A DNA stretch of 32,000 bases from Vibrio vulnificus CMCP6 (GTDB taxonomy: Bacteria; Pseudomonadota; Gammaproteobacteria; Enterobacterales; Vibrionaceae), in NCBI RefSeq assembly GCF_000039765.1, contig NC_004459.3, positions 60,001-92,000 on the forward strand, written 5' to 3'. Of the stretch, positions 16,693 through 24,907 are shown in pieces. Positions within the stretch are counted from its first letter, which is position 1, and the number at the start of each line of letters is the position of its first letter. The translations under genes and the position numbers were made by a program. Below the pieces are notes generated by a model. The model did no database searches and was not told the DNA's origin. It was given only the letters and a program-made list of their open reading frames with translations.

Positions 16693-17384
16693 GTGCTGGC
16701 CTCCCGCATAGCTGACGACAATGATTCACGATCCGGCGTGGTATACACCGAGGTAGTCGCAATGTTGGAATGACCAAGCACCGCCTGAACACGGCGAAGC
16801 GCATCCGGTGATGTGGTGCGTTCCAAATAGCGCTTAGCCCAACTGTGGCGCAGCCAGTGTGGTGTCCCTTCCGGCACATTGGCCAAACGGCACCAAGTCG
16901 AAAAGCGAGATTGAAACGATCGGCGACTCATCGCCTGACGGTTACGGCTGAGAAAAAGCGGACGCTCTAAACGAGGGGTATCCCACTCAATGCCTTGGCT
17001 CATTTCGACATGAATTTTCAGCAACTGCTTGAGCGCATGAATGGCGGATTTGTTGAGAGCAATCGGGTGTTTTTTCTGGTTCTTGGCGTTTTCACTGCGG
17101 TAAATCAGATAGCCTTCTTCAAGGCTTTGCTCCGCTTCACCTACCGTTAAACCGAGCATTGGCAGGTTAAAACGCTTGGCTTTATCGGCATCGGGGCCAG
17201 CCAGCACACCGAGGCGAACGGCGGTTTCGCGCATCAGCAGCATCCAGTAATAATCACGCTGTGCATAAATGCCGTAAGTCTGCTTAACCGTGTTAAACAA
17301 CTGCTTCTCTTCCTGCTCAGTAAAGTAGTGAAGAAAGAACTGAGTCGATGATTGGTTTTGAGAGTGTGAAATTAGGGTTGTCAT
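16680..17384 (-). CDS. second tyrosine recombinase (XerC/D-like, compact)
   Basis: ETAVRLG (Arg I), PHWLRHSWAKRYLE (HxxR), VLGHSNIATTSVYT (His and Tyr). Confidence 0.85.
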   Translation of the reverse strand: MTTLISHSQNQSSTQFFLHYFTEQEEKQLFNTVKQTYGIYAQRDYYWMLLMRETAVRLGVLAGPDADKAKRFNLPMLGLTVGEAEQSLEEGYLIYRSENAKNQKKHPIALNKSAIHALKQLLKIHVEMSQGIEWDTPRLERPLFLSRNRQAMSRRSFQSRFSTWCRLANVPEGTPHWLRHSWAKRYLERTTSPDALRRVQAVLGHSNIATTSVYTTPDRESLSSAMREASTCFR

Positions 17385-17413
17385 GGCCTACCTCCTTTGG
17401 CTTCGCCGTTGAA

Positions 17414-17893
17414 TTAACCGTTAACCAATGCGCGCAAACGCTCGAGCAGCTCCAGTGCCGCGGCAAACGTTTCTTGCAGTTCGCGTTCGATACGATCGAA
17501 CTCATGGCGCTCGATGTCCCCATCTTCGAGGGCATCAGCAATGGCGCGGTTCACATCGCCGATTTCGGCGTGCCAACGGCTGTAACAGTTGAGCAGCTCC
17601 ATGTCGGAAATAGCTCGGTAGTCACCAAGAAAGTAGATGGAATGGTTCAGCTCGGAAGCAATGGAGCGGAGAATTTGCACATCCCCCGTGAATTGCATCA
17701 GCTTAATAGCATCAAACAAACCCAGTTTATGGCTGGTTTGATTGGGGTTGATCTCGTTTAGCAACACACCAGGTCTTTTATTTAGGTGCTGCTCAACCGT
17801 TTCGTTATGGCCATAATCTTTTAGCGTTTGGTACAAAGCATGTACCACCTGCGGAAAAACGCAGGTAGGTGATGGGACGATAGCAGTATGCAT
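17414..17893 (-). CDS. CII-like phage regulatory protein (P2-like/CP76 type)
   Basis: ~159 aa, first large gene of the early operon: TLKDYGHNETVEQHLNKRPGVLLNEINPNQTSHKLGLFDAIKLMQFTGDVQILRSIA. Confidence 0.75.
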   Translation of the reverse strand: MHTAIVPSPTCVFPQVVHALYQTLKDYGHNETVEQHLNKRPGVLLNEINPNQTSHKLGLFDAIKLMQFTGDVQILRSIASELNHSIYFLGDYRAISDMELLNCYSRWHAEIGDVNRAIADALEDGDIERHEFDRIERELQETFAAALELLERLRALVNG

Positions 17894-17918
17894 CGTAAGC
17901 TCCTCAAAAATTGGTACG

Positions 17919-17947
17919 TTTCCATTTTTTGAAGCCTGCGCTACAAT
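17919..17947 (+). promoter_or_regulatory. candidate + strand promoter with no CDS downstream
   Basis: TTTCCA - 17 nt - TACAAT. Confidence 0.35.
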
Positions 17948-18043
17948 CTACCTCAGGATGAAATGGTGTTGGAGCCGTGAGCATAGAGGTTGCCGCCTCG
18001 CTCGTTATCCTAGTGGTTGACTGTGAAATTCAGACTTCTACGG

Positions 18044-18075
18044 CCCTTACCGATTGCCGTTGGTAAGGGTTTTTT
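18044..18075 (+). terminator. intrinsic terminator on + strand within a minus-strand operon
   Basis: CCCTTACC - 10 nt - GGTAAGGG then TTTTTT. Confidence 0.75.
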
Positions 18076-18084
18076 AATACCTGT

Positions 18085-18273
18085 TCACATCGCCTCCTTT
18101 AATGGTGGCAATCCCAACTCCTCCTCTTTCTCCGCTACTGCTTTTTTCAGAAGAATCCGGGTCATTTGTGCCGGTTTACGTTCATCTAACGTTGCTAAAC
18201 GCTCGACTCTGCGTCTTAAATCTAAATCACGCGTAGCAACCAGATCCGCATTTGGATTTTTTAAATTAGCCAC
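18085..18273 (-). CDS. small putative RHH-type regulator (Cox/Cro analogue?)
   Basis: GTG start with AGGAG SD; RRRVERLATLDERKPAQMTRILLKKAVAEKEEEL; first gene divergent from the repressor. Confidence 0.6.
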   Translation of the reverse strand: MANLKNPNADLVATRDLDLRRRVERLATLDERKPAQMTRILLKKAVAEKEEELGLPPLKEAM

Positions 18274-18408
18274 TTGTTACTCCTAATATGTTAAGCTCAA
18301 TTTTTGAAGCTAACTGAAAACAAAAGTTCCAGATATTTAACTTTGTTAACGTTCGATGTAGATACTAGATCCGTTTCTGGAACAAAACAAGCCGAGGAAG
18401 GTAAAAAA

Positions 18409-19215
18409 ATGGATCTTTCTTTTGATGAGCGTCTAAATTTCGTTCTTAAAGATAGAAAACAAACTCCATGGGGAAAGAGTTTGGGGTTTACTGGCGCTTC
18501 GATATCTCACATTTTTTCTGGCGGCAGAATTCCTGGCCCTGAGTTCCTCCAAGCCATCCGACGTGCCGAAAACGTTAACCTGAACTGGCTGCTGACGGGT
18601 GAAGGTGCGCCTTATATCGTTGAGTACTACCAATCTGCTGACGCTCTATCCGACTACGTCTGTGCCATGCTCCATGAAGAAGAGTGGGTGGTACATGTCT
18701 GCTCATACCGTGGAATTGCCTGCGTGGTGTTCACGCAACCAGGGCAATACGAGTTCAAAGGAAAATGGATTGATTACCGTATCGTCCACGTTGTGGTTGG
18801 CCCAGGTGATGAGGTGTTAACCAATCTGCTGCATGATTACCACAAAGGCGGTGGGCACATCTTCGTACCAGAATTGACCGAGGAAGAACGTGAAACTGTT
18901 ATCCAAGGCCAAGTCGGTACTTACCTGATGTTTGAACAAATGAACCCGATGCTAAACACCATACGAGTAGAAACTCACATAACTGAAATTGAATTTACAG
19001 GTGGTGAACGCACAGAGAAGCCGGTGGATATCACCATCATGCGTGCCGTCGTTCGTCTGGTAGACGATTGCGAGCACACGCTAGGAACATCGCTCACCAG
19101 CGACCAACGAGCAAGAGTGATCACTGCTGTGTACCGTCAGGCGGAACGCCTCAAACTGACTGAAGAAGAGATACAAGCCACCATAGAAACATCCTTCGAT
19201 GTATTAAGTGACTGA
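18409..19215 (+). CDS. CI-type repressor (HTH N-terminus)
   Basis: ORF listed from 18304, probable start MDLSFDERLNFV. HTH SLGFTGASISHIFSGGRIPGPEFLQAIRRAENVNLNWLLTGEGAPY; divergent from the early operon. Confidence 0.8.
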   Translation: MDLSFDERLNFVLKDRKQTPWGKSLGFTGASISHIFSGGRIPGPEFLQAIRRAENVNLNWLLTGEGAPYIVEYYQSADALSDYVCAMLHEEEWVVHVCSYRGIACVVFTQPGQYEFKGKWIDYRIVHVVVGPGDEVLTNLLHDYHKGGGHIFVPELTEEERETVIQGQVGTYLMFEQMNPMLNTIRVETHITEIEFTGGERTEKPVDITIMRAVVRLVDDCEHTLGTSLTSDQRARVITAVYRQAERLKLTEEEIQATIETSFDVLSD

Positions 19216-19259
19216 TCACCTTTACGTCGATTCTCTACTGCTTGTTCCAAACGTGCTAG

Positions 19260-19295
19260 CGCCAGAGCCAACACTTGTTGCTCTGGCGTTTTTTT
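19260..19295 (+). terminator. terminator of the repressor gene
   Basis: CGCCAGAG - 13 nt - CTCTGGCG then TTTTTTT. Confidence 0.88.
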
Positions 19296-19445
19296 ATTGA
19301 ATGACCTAACCATTTGCGTCCTGATTTATGTTTTTCTCTTTTGCCGTACAGTTTACTGATTTTTGCAACGTAGATTGCAGTGCTATCGCTCACATAGCGA
19401 AACTGTAGACACTGACTTAAATATCAGAGACGGATTGTCTCCCTT

Positions 19446-19465
19446 CACCTTGCGGTGTTTTTTTT
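19446..19465 (+). terminator. short hairpin with T-tract just upstream of the second HTH gene
   Basis: CACC-TTGC-GGTG followed by 8 T; the stem is only 4 bp. Confidence 0.35.
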
Positions 19466-19471
19466 CCCTGT

Positions 19472-19798
19472 ATGATGCGCAGCGAAATGAAGAGCCAAAG
19501 ATTAAAACAAGCGAGAAAGGCAGCGGGGTTATCCAGGGAGCAGGTTGCTAAGGCCATGCACAAATCTCCGCATACCATTAAATCCTGGGAAACCACCTCA
19601 CGTCAGCCAAGAACGCTACGTGAGGTTGAACGCTTGTGTTCGATTTTGGGGATTACAGTGAGCTGGTATTTAACGGGCCAGCCTCCGGTGAAACCAATTA
19701 TGCCCAGTGAACGAGAGCAGGAACTGCTAGCCCTGTTTTCAGGGCTAAGCGATGAACAGCAAAGTGCGGTGTTGGAGTTGATTAAGGTGATGGGGTAG
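19472..19798 (+). CDS. XRE-family HTH regulator
   Basis: RLKQARKAAGLSREQVAKAMHKSPHTIKSWETTSRQPRTLREVERLCSILGITVSWYLTG. Confidence 0.85.
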   Translation: MMRSEMKSQRLKQARKAAGLSREQVAKAMHKSPHTIKSWETTSRQPRTLREVERLCSILGITVSWYLTGQPPVKPIMPSEREQELLALFSGLSDEQQSAVLELIKVMG

Positions 19799-21113
19799 AG
19801 ACCGGAGCCTTAGCCTCTAATTCTGGCGTCTGTTCTAGGCTTGATGACTTTGCTTTCAGTTTGTCGAGTTCAAGATTTATTTTTTCTAGCTCGTTATTTT
19901 TCCGCTGCAATAACTCTTCGTATGAGGCTCTTTGAATTTCCAACTCTTTATCTTGATACAGACTGTAAACAGTTAAAGCCACGCCAATGACCGTTGCAAC
20001 GGCCGCAATGAAGGAAATAATGAACGTCCACCAAGAAAATTTCTTCGCTGCATCACTAGATTTTTTGGTCTCTTCCGCCGTTTCGCGTTGAACATTAGTT
20101 TGCTCTTGAATGTACGAGTTGTTCTCAATACTGACATCTATAAGCGTATCCAATCGTTCGTTGGTTCTATCAACAGCTGTTGGACCGACTGTATATGCAA
20201 GGTCTGACAATGTAGGAAGTTCCAAATGAGACTCAGAGGAGATAATTGGCTTAATATGCTCAGCTTTTCCAACTTGATTCGCTGCTAATACAGCGTCATT
20301 TATGCTTTTTAGGTTGGCAGGCATAATATCGTGAATAGCTTTCAAGTGTGGCGGCAATGAAGCAAAGTACTCGATATTTTTAACTGCCGATAGAGCTGGA
20401 TTATCTTGGGATAGGAAGCTTTGAATATCACTAGTTGGGGAGTTTGGAATAATAGACTTCACGTAGTCACTCCACGTATCGCGAGCAACACTCCCTTGAG
20501 TTGCTAATCTATGCATCCACTCCTGCTCTGGCGAACTCTGCATGATATTTTTAATGGTATCATCAACCAGATAGGTACTCGATTTAATAGTTTTAAGCTG
20601 TTCCTCTAAACTCTTCCCTAATATGTTTAGGTCTTGGTACTGCTTGCCTATTTGATTAGAAAAGACTGATTCAGCATAGGTCTTCGCTCGAGAAACAGTA
20701 TCTTTATGCTGTTTCACGTGCCGTTTATGAAGAGCTTCAATTGCGTTCATCTCATTCCCGCTCGTTTTCTCCTCTCCCTTTTTCAGAATTAAGCTTGCAA
20801 TATTTTCTAGACTGCTGCGGCTCAGTTTAGCGCAGAGTTCTTCGTCTAAAACATAGCTATCAGGTCTTTGTTTATCTTCTGACAATGTATCTATTGGGTA
20901 GCAGGTAAACCGAGCCAATAACCGAAGATATTCTTCCCCAGACAGCCCCTCAATGTCACCTTTAAAAGATTTCATTAGGTCTAAATTAGCGCGAACAACA
21001 TAATTGAAAACCGCTAGCTTACCAATTTCTGTGTCCACCTCGCCTAAATAAGGTTTGAAAACTTTAAATCCTATTGCATGTAGCTTTTCTGACATCGGCT
21101 CATTCACCTTCAC
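19782..21113 (-). CDS. uncharacterised protein, single predicted TM segment plus C-terminal coiled coil
   Basis: 443-aa ORF (GTG 21113, or ATG 21095 preceded by AAGGTG); TM WWTFIISFIAAVATVIGVALTVYSLY, then ELEIQRASYEELLQRKNNELEKINLELDKLK. No phage structural family recognised. Confidence 0.8.
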   Translation of the reverse strand: MKVNEPMSEKLHAIGFKVFKPYLGEVDTEIGKLAVFNYVVRANLDLMKSFKGDIEGLSGEEYLRLLARFTCYPIDTLSEDKQRPDSYVLDEELCAKLSRSSLENIASLILKKGEEKTSGNEMNAIEALHKRHVKQHKDTVSRAKTYAESVFSNQIGKQYQDLNILGKSLEEQLKTIKSSTYLVDDTIKNIMQSSPEQEWMHRLATQGSVARDTWSDYVKSIIPNSPTSDIQSFLSQDNPALSAVKNIEYFASLPPHLKAIHDIMPANLKSINDAVLAANQVGKAEHIKPIISSESHLELPTLSDLAYTVGPTAVDRTNERLDTLIDVSIENNSYIQEQTNVQRETAEETKKSSDAAKKFSWWTFIISFIAAVATVIGVALTVYSLYQDKELEIQRASYEELLQRKNNELEKINLELDKLKAKSSSLEQTPELEAKAPVSTPSP

Positions 21114-21167
21114 TTAAGTAATGAAACTATATTATTACTAGACGCCAGCGCTACACAACAAGATGCA

Positions 21168-22175
21168 TTACTTTAAAGCTGGAATAAGTCCGATCTCGTT
21201 TTTCGGAGCCACAAAGCGGCCGCTGAGTAAGTGGCCGTTTGCATCTAACGTTTCGGTGACGCTCTCACACATCCACTCGCCGTTAAACTGGGAACGGTGA
21301 TGACCACTGAGCGAAATATTGCGCTCGGCAATCACGCCAGGAATGAACGGCAACTCATCTATCTCCAAGGTGTACTCTGCTCGTTTTAGATTGTGCAGCT
21401 CGGTTTCGGCGGCAGAACGCGCGGTCGCTTCATCTTGAAACAGGGTATTCAGGGTTTTGGCTTTACCGGAGCTTTCCCCCACTCGCACGGTTTTGGTTTC
21501 GGCTAAATCGGTATCTCGCCACTTGGCCACAACCGCATCAAACTTGGCCGCACCAGATAGGGTAATCGTCGCTTGCACTTGGTCGGTAAGCCGAACCGCA
21601 ATGGCCGAGAGCGTTTTACCACTCACGCTTTGGTTGTCGCCTTTGGGGAAAAACACCAGTTTGTCTTGGGCCACTTTCATAGTGGCGTTGTTTTCTGCCG
21701 CCAGTTCGGTGAGTAAGTCGGCGTCACTCTGGCCTGTCTGCAAACGATGGACGATTTCCACCGACGCATAGGCATCGGCCACCGCTGGTTGATAGCCGCA
21801 TCGAGAAGCAACGGTCTCAACCAAAGATTTGAGCGTGGTGTTTTCCCAAGTATGATCCCGTTGGTTTTTGAACTCGCCGGATAGGTTGGCCGCATCCCCC
21901 GAGAGGGTGATGGTTTGCTCTGGGCTGCTCAGTTTCACCGAGTTCACCACAAAGGTGCCTCGGTTGGTGAGTGCCTTATTGTTCTCGCCCGTTGAGATCT
22001 GCAGTTTGGCTTCAGTCTTGGGAAAGGCAATTTTTCCATCGTCCACAAGTACCAGTGTGAAGCTGTCTGAGTTTGTGCCGGCTTCATCGGTAATGCTCAA
22101 ACTGATAAAGCGCGGCTTGATGACATCGGTGATGTCTTTGCCATCGGCGACGATTTTAAACGCGGCTAATCCCAC
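21168..22175 (-). CDS. phage late control / baseplate hub protein, P2 gpD-like
   Basis: VTVTLSGAAKFDAVVAKW..., SAEPAELTA-like hub pattern; P2-like gene order D-X-U-T. Confidence 0.85.
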   Translation of the reverse strand: MGLAAFKIVADGKDITDVIKPRFISLSITDEAGTNSDSFTLVLVDDGKIAFPKTEAKLQISTGENNKALTNRGTFVVNSVKLSSPEQTITLSGDAANLSGEFKNQRDHTWENTTLKSLVETVASRCGYQPAVADAYASVEIVHRLQTGQSDADLLTELAAENNATMKVAQDKLVFFPKGDNQSVSGKTLSAIAVRLTDQVQATITLSGAAKFDAVVAKWRDTDLAETKTVRVGESSGKAKTLNTLFQDEATARSAAETELHNLKRAEYTLEIDELPFIPGVIAERNISLSGHHRSQFNGEWMCESVTETLDANGHLLSGRFVAPKNEIGLIPALK

Positions 22176-22372
22176 AAGCTAATCTCCTCTTCGGCGGTTG
22201 GCGCTTCAAGTTTAGGCAGGTGTATCTCGATACCCGCTTTCAACGGGTGCGGCAAAGCCGATAACCCTCGGTTTGCTTTTAACACCTGCTCATACGCGCC
22301 TGGTAAGCCGTTGTAATAACGGTCGGAGATATCGTCAATCTGGTCGCCTTCTTTGGTGATGTAAGTTGTCAT
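22166..22372 (-). CDS. tail protein X (LysM-like, P2 gpX)
   Basis: YITKEGDQIDDISDRYYNGLPGAYEQVLKANRGLS...PLKAGIEIHLP. Confidence 0.9.
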   Translation of the reverse strand: MTTYITKEGDQIDDISDRYYNGLPGAYEQVLKANRGLSALPHPLKAGIEIHLPKLEAPTAEEEISLWD

Positions 22373-22764
22373 GCGCCACCTTCCGGATGTTCTTTTAGTT
22401 CAATGGTGAACTCGATTTTTCTTGCTACCCCTTTGGTAAAGAGCTCTTGCTTCTCGACTTGCAGCTGGCGAATAGTCCAGTAGCCCCAATCGCGCCCTGT
22501 ACCATCGACCAAACGCAGCGGCGCGCCTTTGTCGCCTTCGGCTTTCATTTTGTCGGTTTGCTCTAAACCGCCACGAAAATGAGGGTAGATAATGCCCATA
22601 AAGCGCAGCGAGGAAAGGTCGGGGCCAATAAACTGCGGTTTGGGTTTTGCTCCGGCGACGTTGTGATCGGTCCATCGCCAAGAGTGGGTTTCACTAATGC
22701 TTTTCAGCGCTGCGGTGTTGATGGAAAAACGGTAATCACCCAACGCCATCATGACATCTGCCAT
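22369..22764 (-). CDS. tail protein, P2 gpU-like
   Basis: MMALGDYRFSINTAALKSISETHSWRWTDH...GTGRDWGYWTI. Confidence 0.88.
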   Translation of the reverse strand: MADVMMALGDYRFSINTAALKSISETHSWRWTDHNVAGAKPKPQFIGPDLSSLRFMGIIYPHFRGGLEQTDKMKAEGDKGAPLRLVDGTGRDWGYWTIRQLQVEKQELFTKGVARKIEFTIELKEHPEGGA

Positions 22765-22772
22765 AAGTTCTC

Positions 22773-24899
22773 CTAGTCTGCGAAAGCTGGGCCGCCAGAG
22801 CGACTTTGTCTATCGAGCTGCTTTTTCACTCGAATAACCATTGCTTCCAGTTTTTGGATCTGTTCGTTACTCACATCTCCGGTTATATGGAATACCGGCG
22901 CAAAGGTTGACGGTGGTGTTTTGGCTGAGGAAACACTTGGCGAAGCGGCAACAACTTGAGCACTCTTAGCAGAGTCGGCCACTTCAGTTTTGGGCTTATC
23001 ATCACCACCAAACCAGCCACCAATCCAGCGGCCAATGCTACTTCCGCCGAGCCCACCTAATGCACCGCCGATAACACCACCAATGGCCGTGCCGATCACC
23101 GGCACAACGGACCCCAGAGCAGCGCCTGCCATCGCCCCTGCGGCCATGCCGCCCATGTTGCCGATGGTGCCGCCAACTTCACGAGATTTATCTGCACCGG
23201 ATAGTGAGCTGTCCATCAAGGTAGCACCGATATCTGCAATCCCGAGCGCGGCGCCTAGATAAGGCAACTTTCTTGCAGCGCCAGAAAGCAATGATCCGCC
23301 GCTTCGCGCTAAGTTTGCTGCACTGCCTAAAGCCCCTGCTCTTGGTCGAACGGCCCGACCTCGCCCACCTCGGCGGCGGCGACCGCCTCCGGAAGAGGGC
23401 AAACCATCACTTGGCATGTTGGTGACATAAACCTTTTGCACGCCTGCAGAACCTGGCAAATCTGGCGAGCCTCCCTCACCACCACTGCCTCCACGGACAA
23501 AGTCCATAATGCTGCTGCCAACTCGCATTGCCTTGCGGGTTGCCCATATCCCCGCCAAGGTTGCCGCAAGTCCGGTCGCTACTTTTAGCGTGGTTTGCAT
23601 CGTTGAAGGGTCAATGCTGTTAATCGCATCAGCCACGGCGGCAATGGGTTCGGCTAAGTTGTCATCAGCAAAGCTCAACCAAGCGGTTTTCAAGCTCATC
23701 ATGGCAGCGTTCGCCGTCATCGCTGCTCGAGCAGAGTCCTGCAGTACTGCAGTGCCATCTCCATCAATAGCGAGGAAATCATTGAGCTTGGTTTTACCGT
23801 CGGCACTGGCCAGCACTTTCATCATGCGCATGGCTTCATCGCCGAAGAGTTCGCTGTACTGGGTAATGTCGGAATCCGTTGCATCCATGATCTCTTTGAG
23901 AATGCTTGGAATATCTCGAAACTTCTTCTCACCACGAGCCAGCGCTTCTTCATCAAACACCTGAATACCAAGCGCTTCGATATCTTCATAATTGGCGGTG
24001 ATGTCGGCTAAAACGGATTCCATCGCACTGGCGGCCTCTGCTGCAGAGCCAGAGCCCATCCGAGCGATTTGTAACATGGCCCCCATCTCTTGCACCGCTT
24101 TCGGCCCAGTTCGCCCCATTGCGGCATAGGCTGCGGAGACCGATGCGCCTTCTGCAGCTAGGTTTTGCAAGGTAAATGCACCCGCTTTGCCCTGCACCAC
24201 TAACGTATCGATGGCACTCAGTACCTCGTCGGAATTTTTAAGGCCGAATTTATCGCGCATATCGGCAAACATTTCGCCCACATCCAAACCAGCCGCACCA
24301 GTGGCTTGCATAACTCGGCCAATGTTAGCCATGTTCTCTTGTGCAAATTTGAGATCGCCCGTCTTCTCAACAATCTTCTCAACAGCTGAAAGCATCTCGG
24401 CTTGATCGACTCGAATGTCCGCTTGCTGGGAAGTCGCAAACATCTCTTTGCGCAGAGCGGCCATCTCTTCACGCGATTTTCCGGCTTGAATACCTAAACG
24501 TTCATAACGTTCTTCAAGCCCCATCACGGCGACGGCAGAGCCCGCGCCTGCAGCGCCTGTGGCCAAGGCTGACCACTGATTACCAACCAGGTTATCAATC
24601 GCTTCGCCAGCGCCAGTGGCAGAACGGCGCAGCAAGTCATTCTTACGAATGGCTTGTCCGACGCTTTGAACGTATTTTTTTAAGTTGGCTTGAGTCCGGC
24701 CAATCGAGCGCCCCAGCCCACCAACTCGGCTACCCGTTTGTACACTTTCGTTGCCAAGCTGCCGCGTATCGCGCTCGAGCTTTTGCGTTTCTCGCCCCAA
24801 CCGTTTGTTTTGCTGTTCCACATCGGAAAAAGCCCGAGAGACACTTCGGTCAACCCGGGCTTCCACTCCAATGCCGACAGTTTGAGTTTTATCTGTCAT
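22773..24899 (-). CDS. tail tape measure protein (P2 gpT-like)
   Basis: 708 aa; coiled-coil N-terminus, hydrophobic glycine/alanine-rich segments, location after E/E'. Confidence 0.85.
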   Translation of the reverse strand: MTDKTQTVGIGVEARVDRSVSRAFSDVEQQNKRLGRETQKLERDTRQLGNESVQTGSRVGGLGRSIGRTQANLKKYVQSVGQAIRKNDLLRRSATGAGEAIDNLVGNQWSALATGAAGAGSAVAVMGLEERYERLGIQAGKSREEMAALRKEMFATSQQADIRVDQAEMLSAVEKIVEKTGDLKFAQENMANIGRVMQATGAAGLDVGEMFADMRDKFGLKNSDEVLSAIDTLVVQGKAGAFTLQNLAAEGASVSAAYAAMGRTGPKAVQEMGAMLQIARMGSGSAAEAASAMESVLADITANYEDIEALGIQVFDEEALARGEKKFRDIPSILKEIMDATDSDITQYSELFGDEAMRMMKVLASADGKTKLNDFLAIDGDGTAVLQDSARAAMTANAAMMSLKTAWLSFADDNLAEPIAAVADAINSIDPSTMQTTLKVATGLAATLAGIWATRKAMRVGSSIMDFVRGGSGGEGGSPDLPGSAGVQKVYVTNMPSDGLPSSGGGRRRRGGRGRAVRPRAGALGSAANLARSGGSLLSGAARKLPYLGAALGIADIGATLMDSSLSGADKSREVGGTIGNMGGMAAGAMAGAALGSVVPVIGTAIGGVIGGALGGLGGSSIGRWIGGWFGGDDKPKTEVADSAKSAQVVAASPSVSSAKTPPSTFAPVFHITGDVSNEQIQKLEAMVIRVKKQLDRQSRSGGPAFAD

Positions 24900-24907
24900 G
24901 GCATTTC

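Noticed and set aside
19363-19551. + strand ORF 19363..19551 between the repressor and XRE gene
   Set aside because: Overlaps the XRE gene in another frame and spans the hairpin/T-tract; no RBS or domain support.
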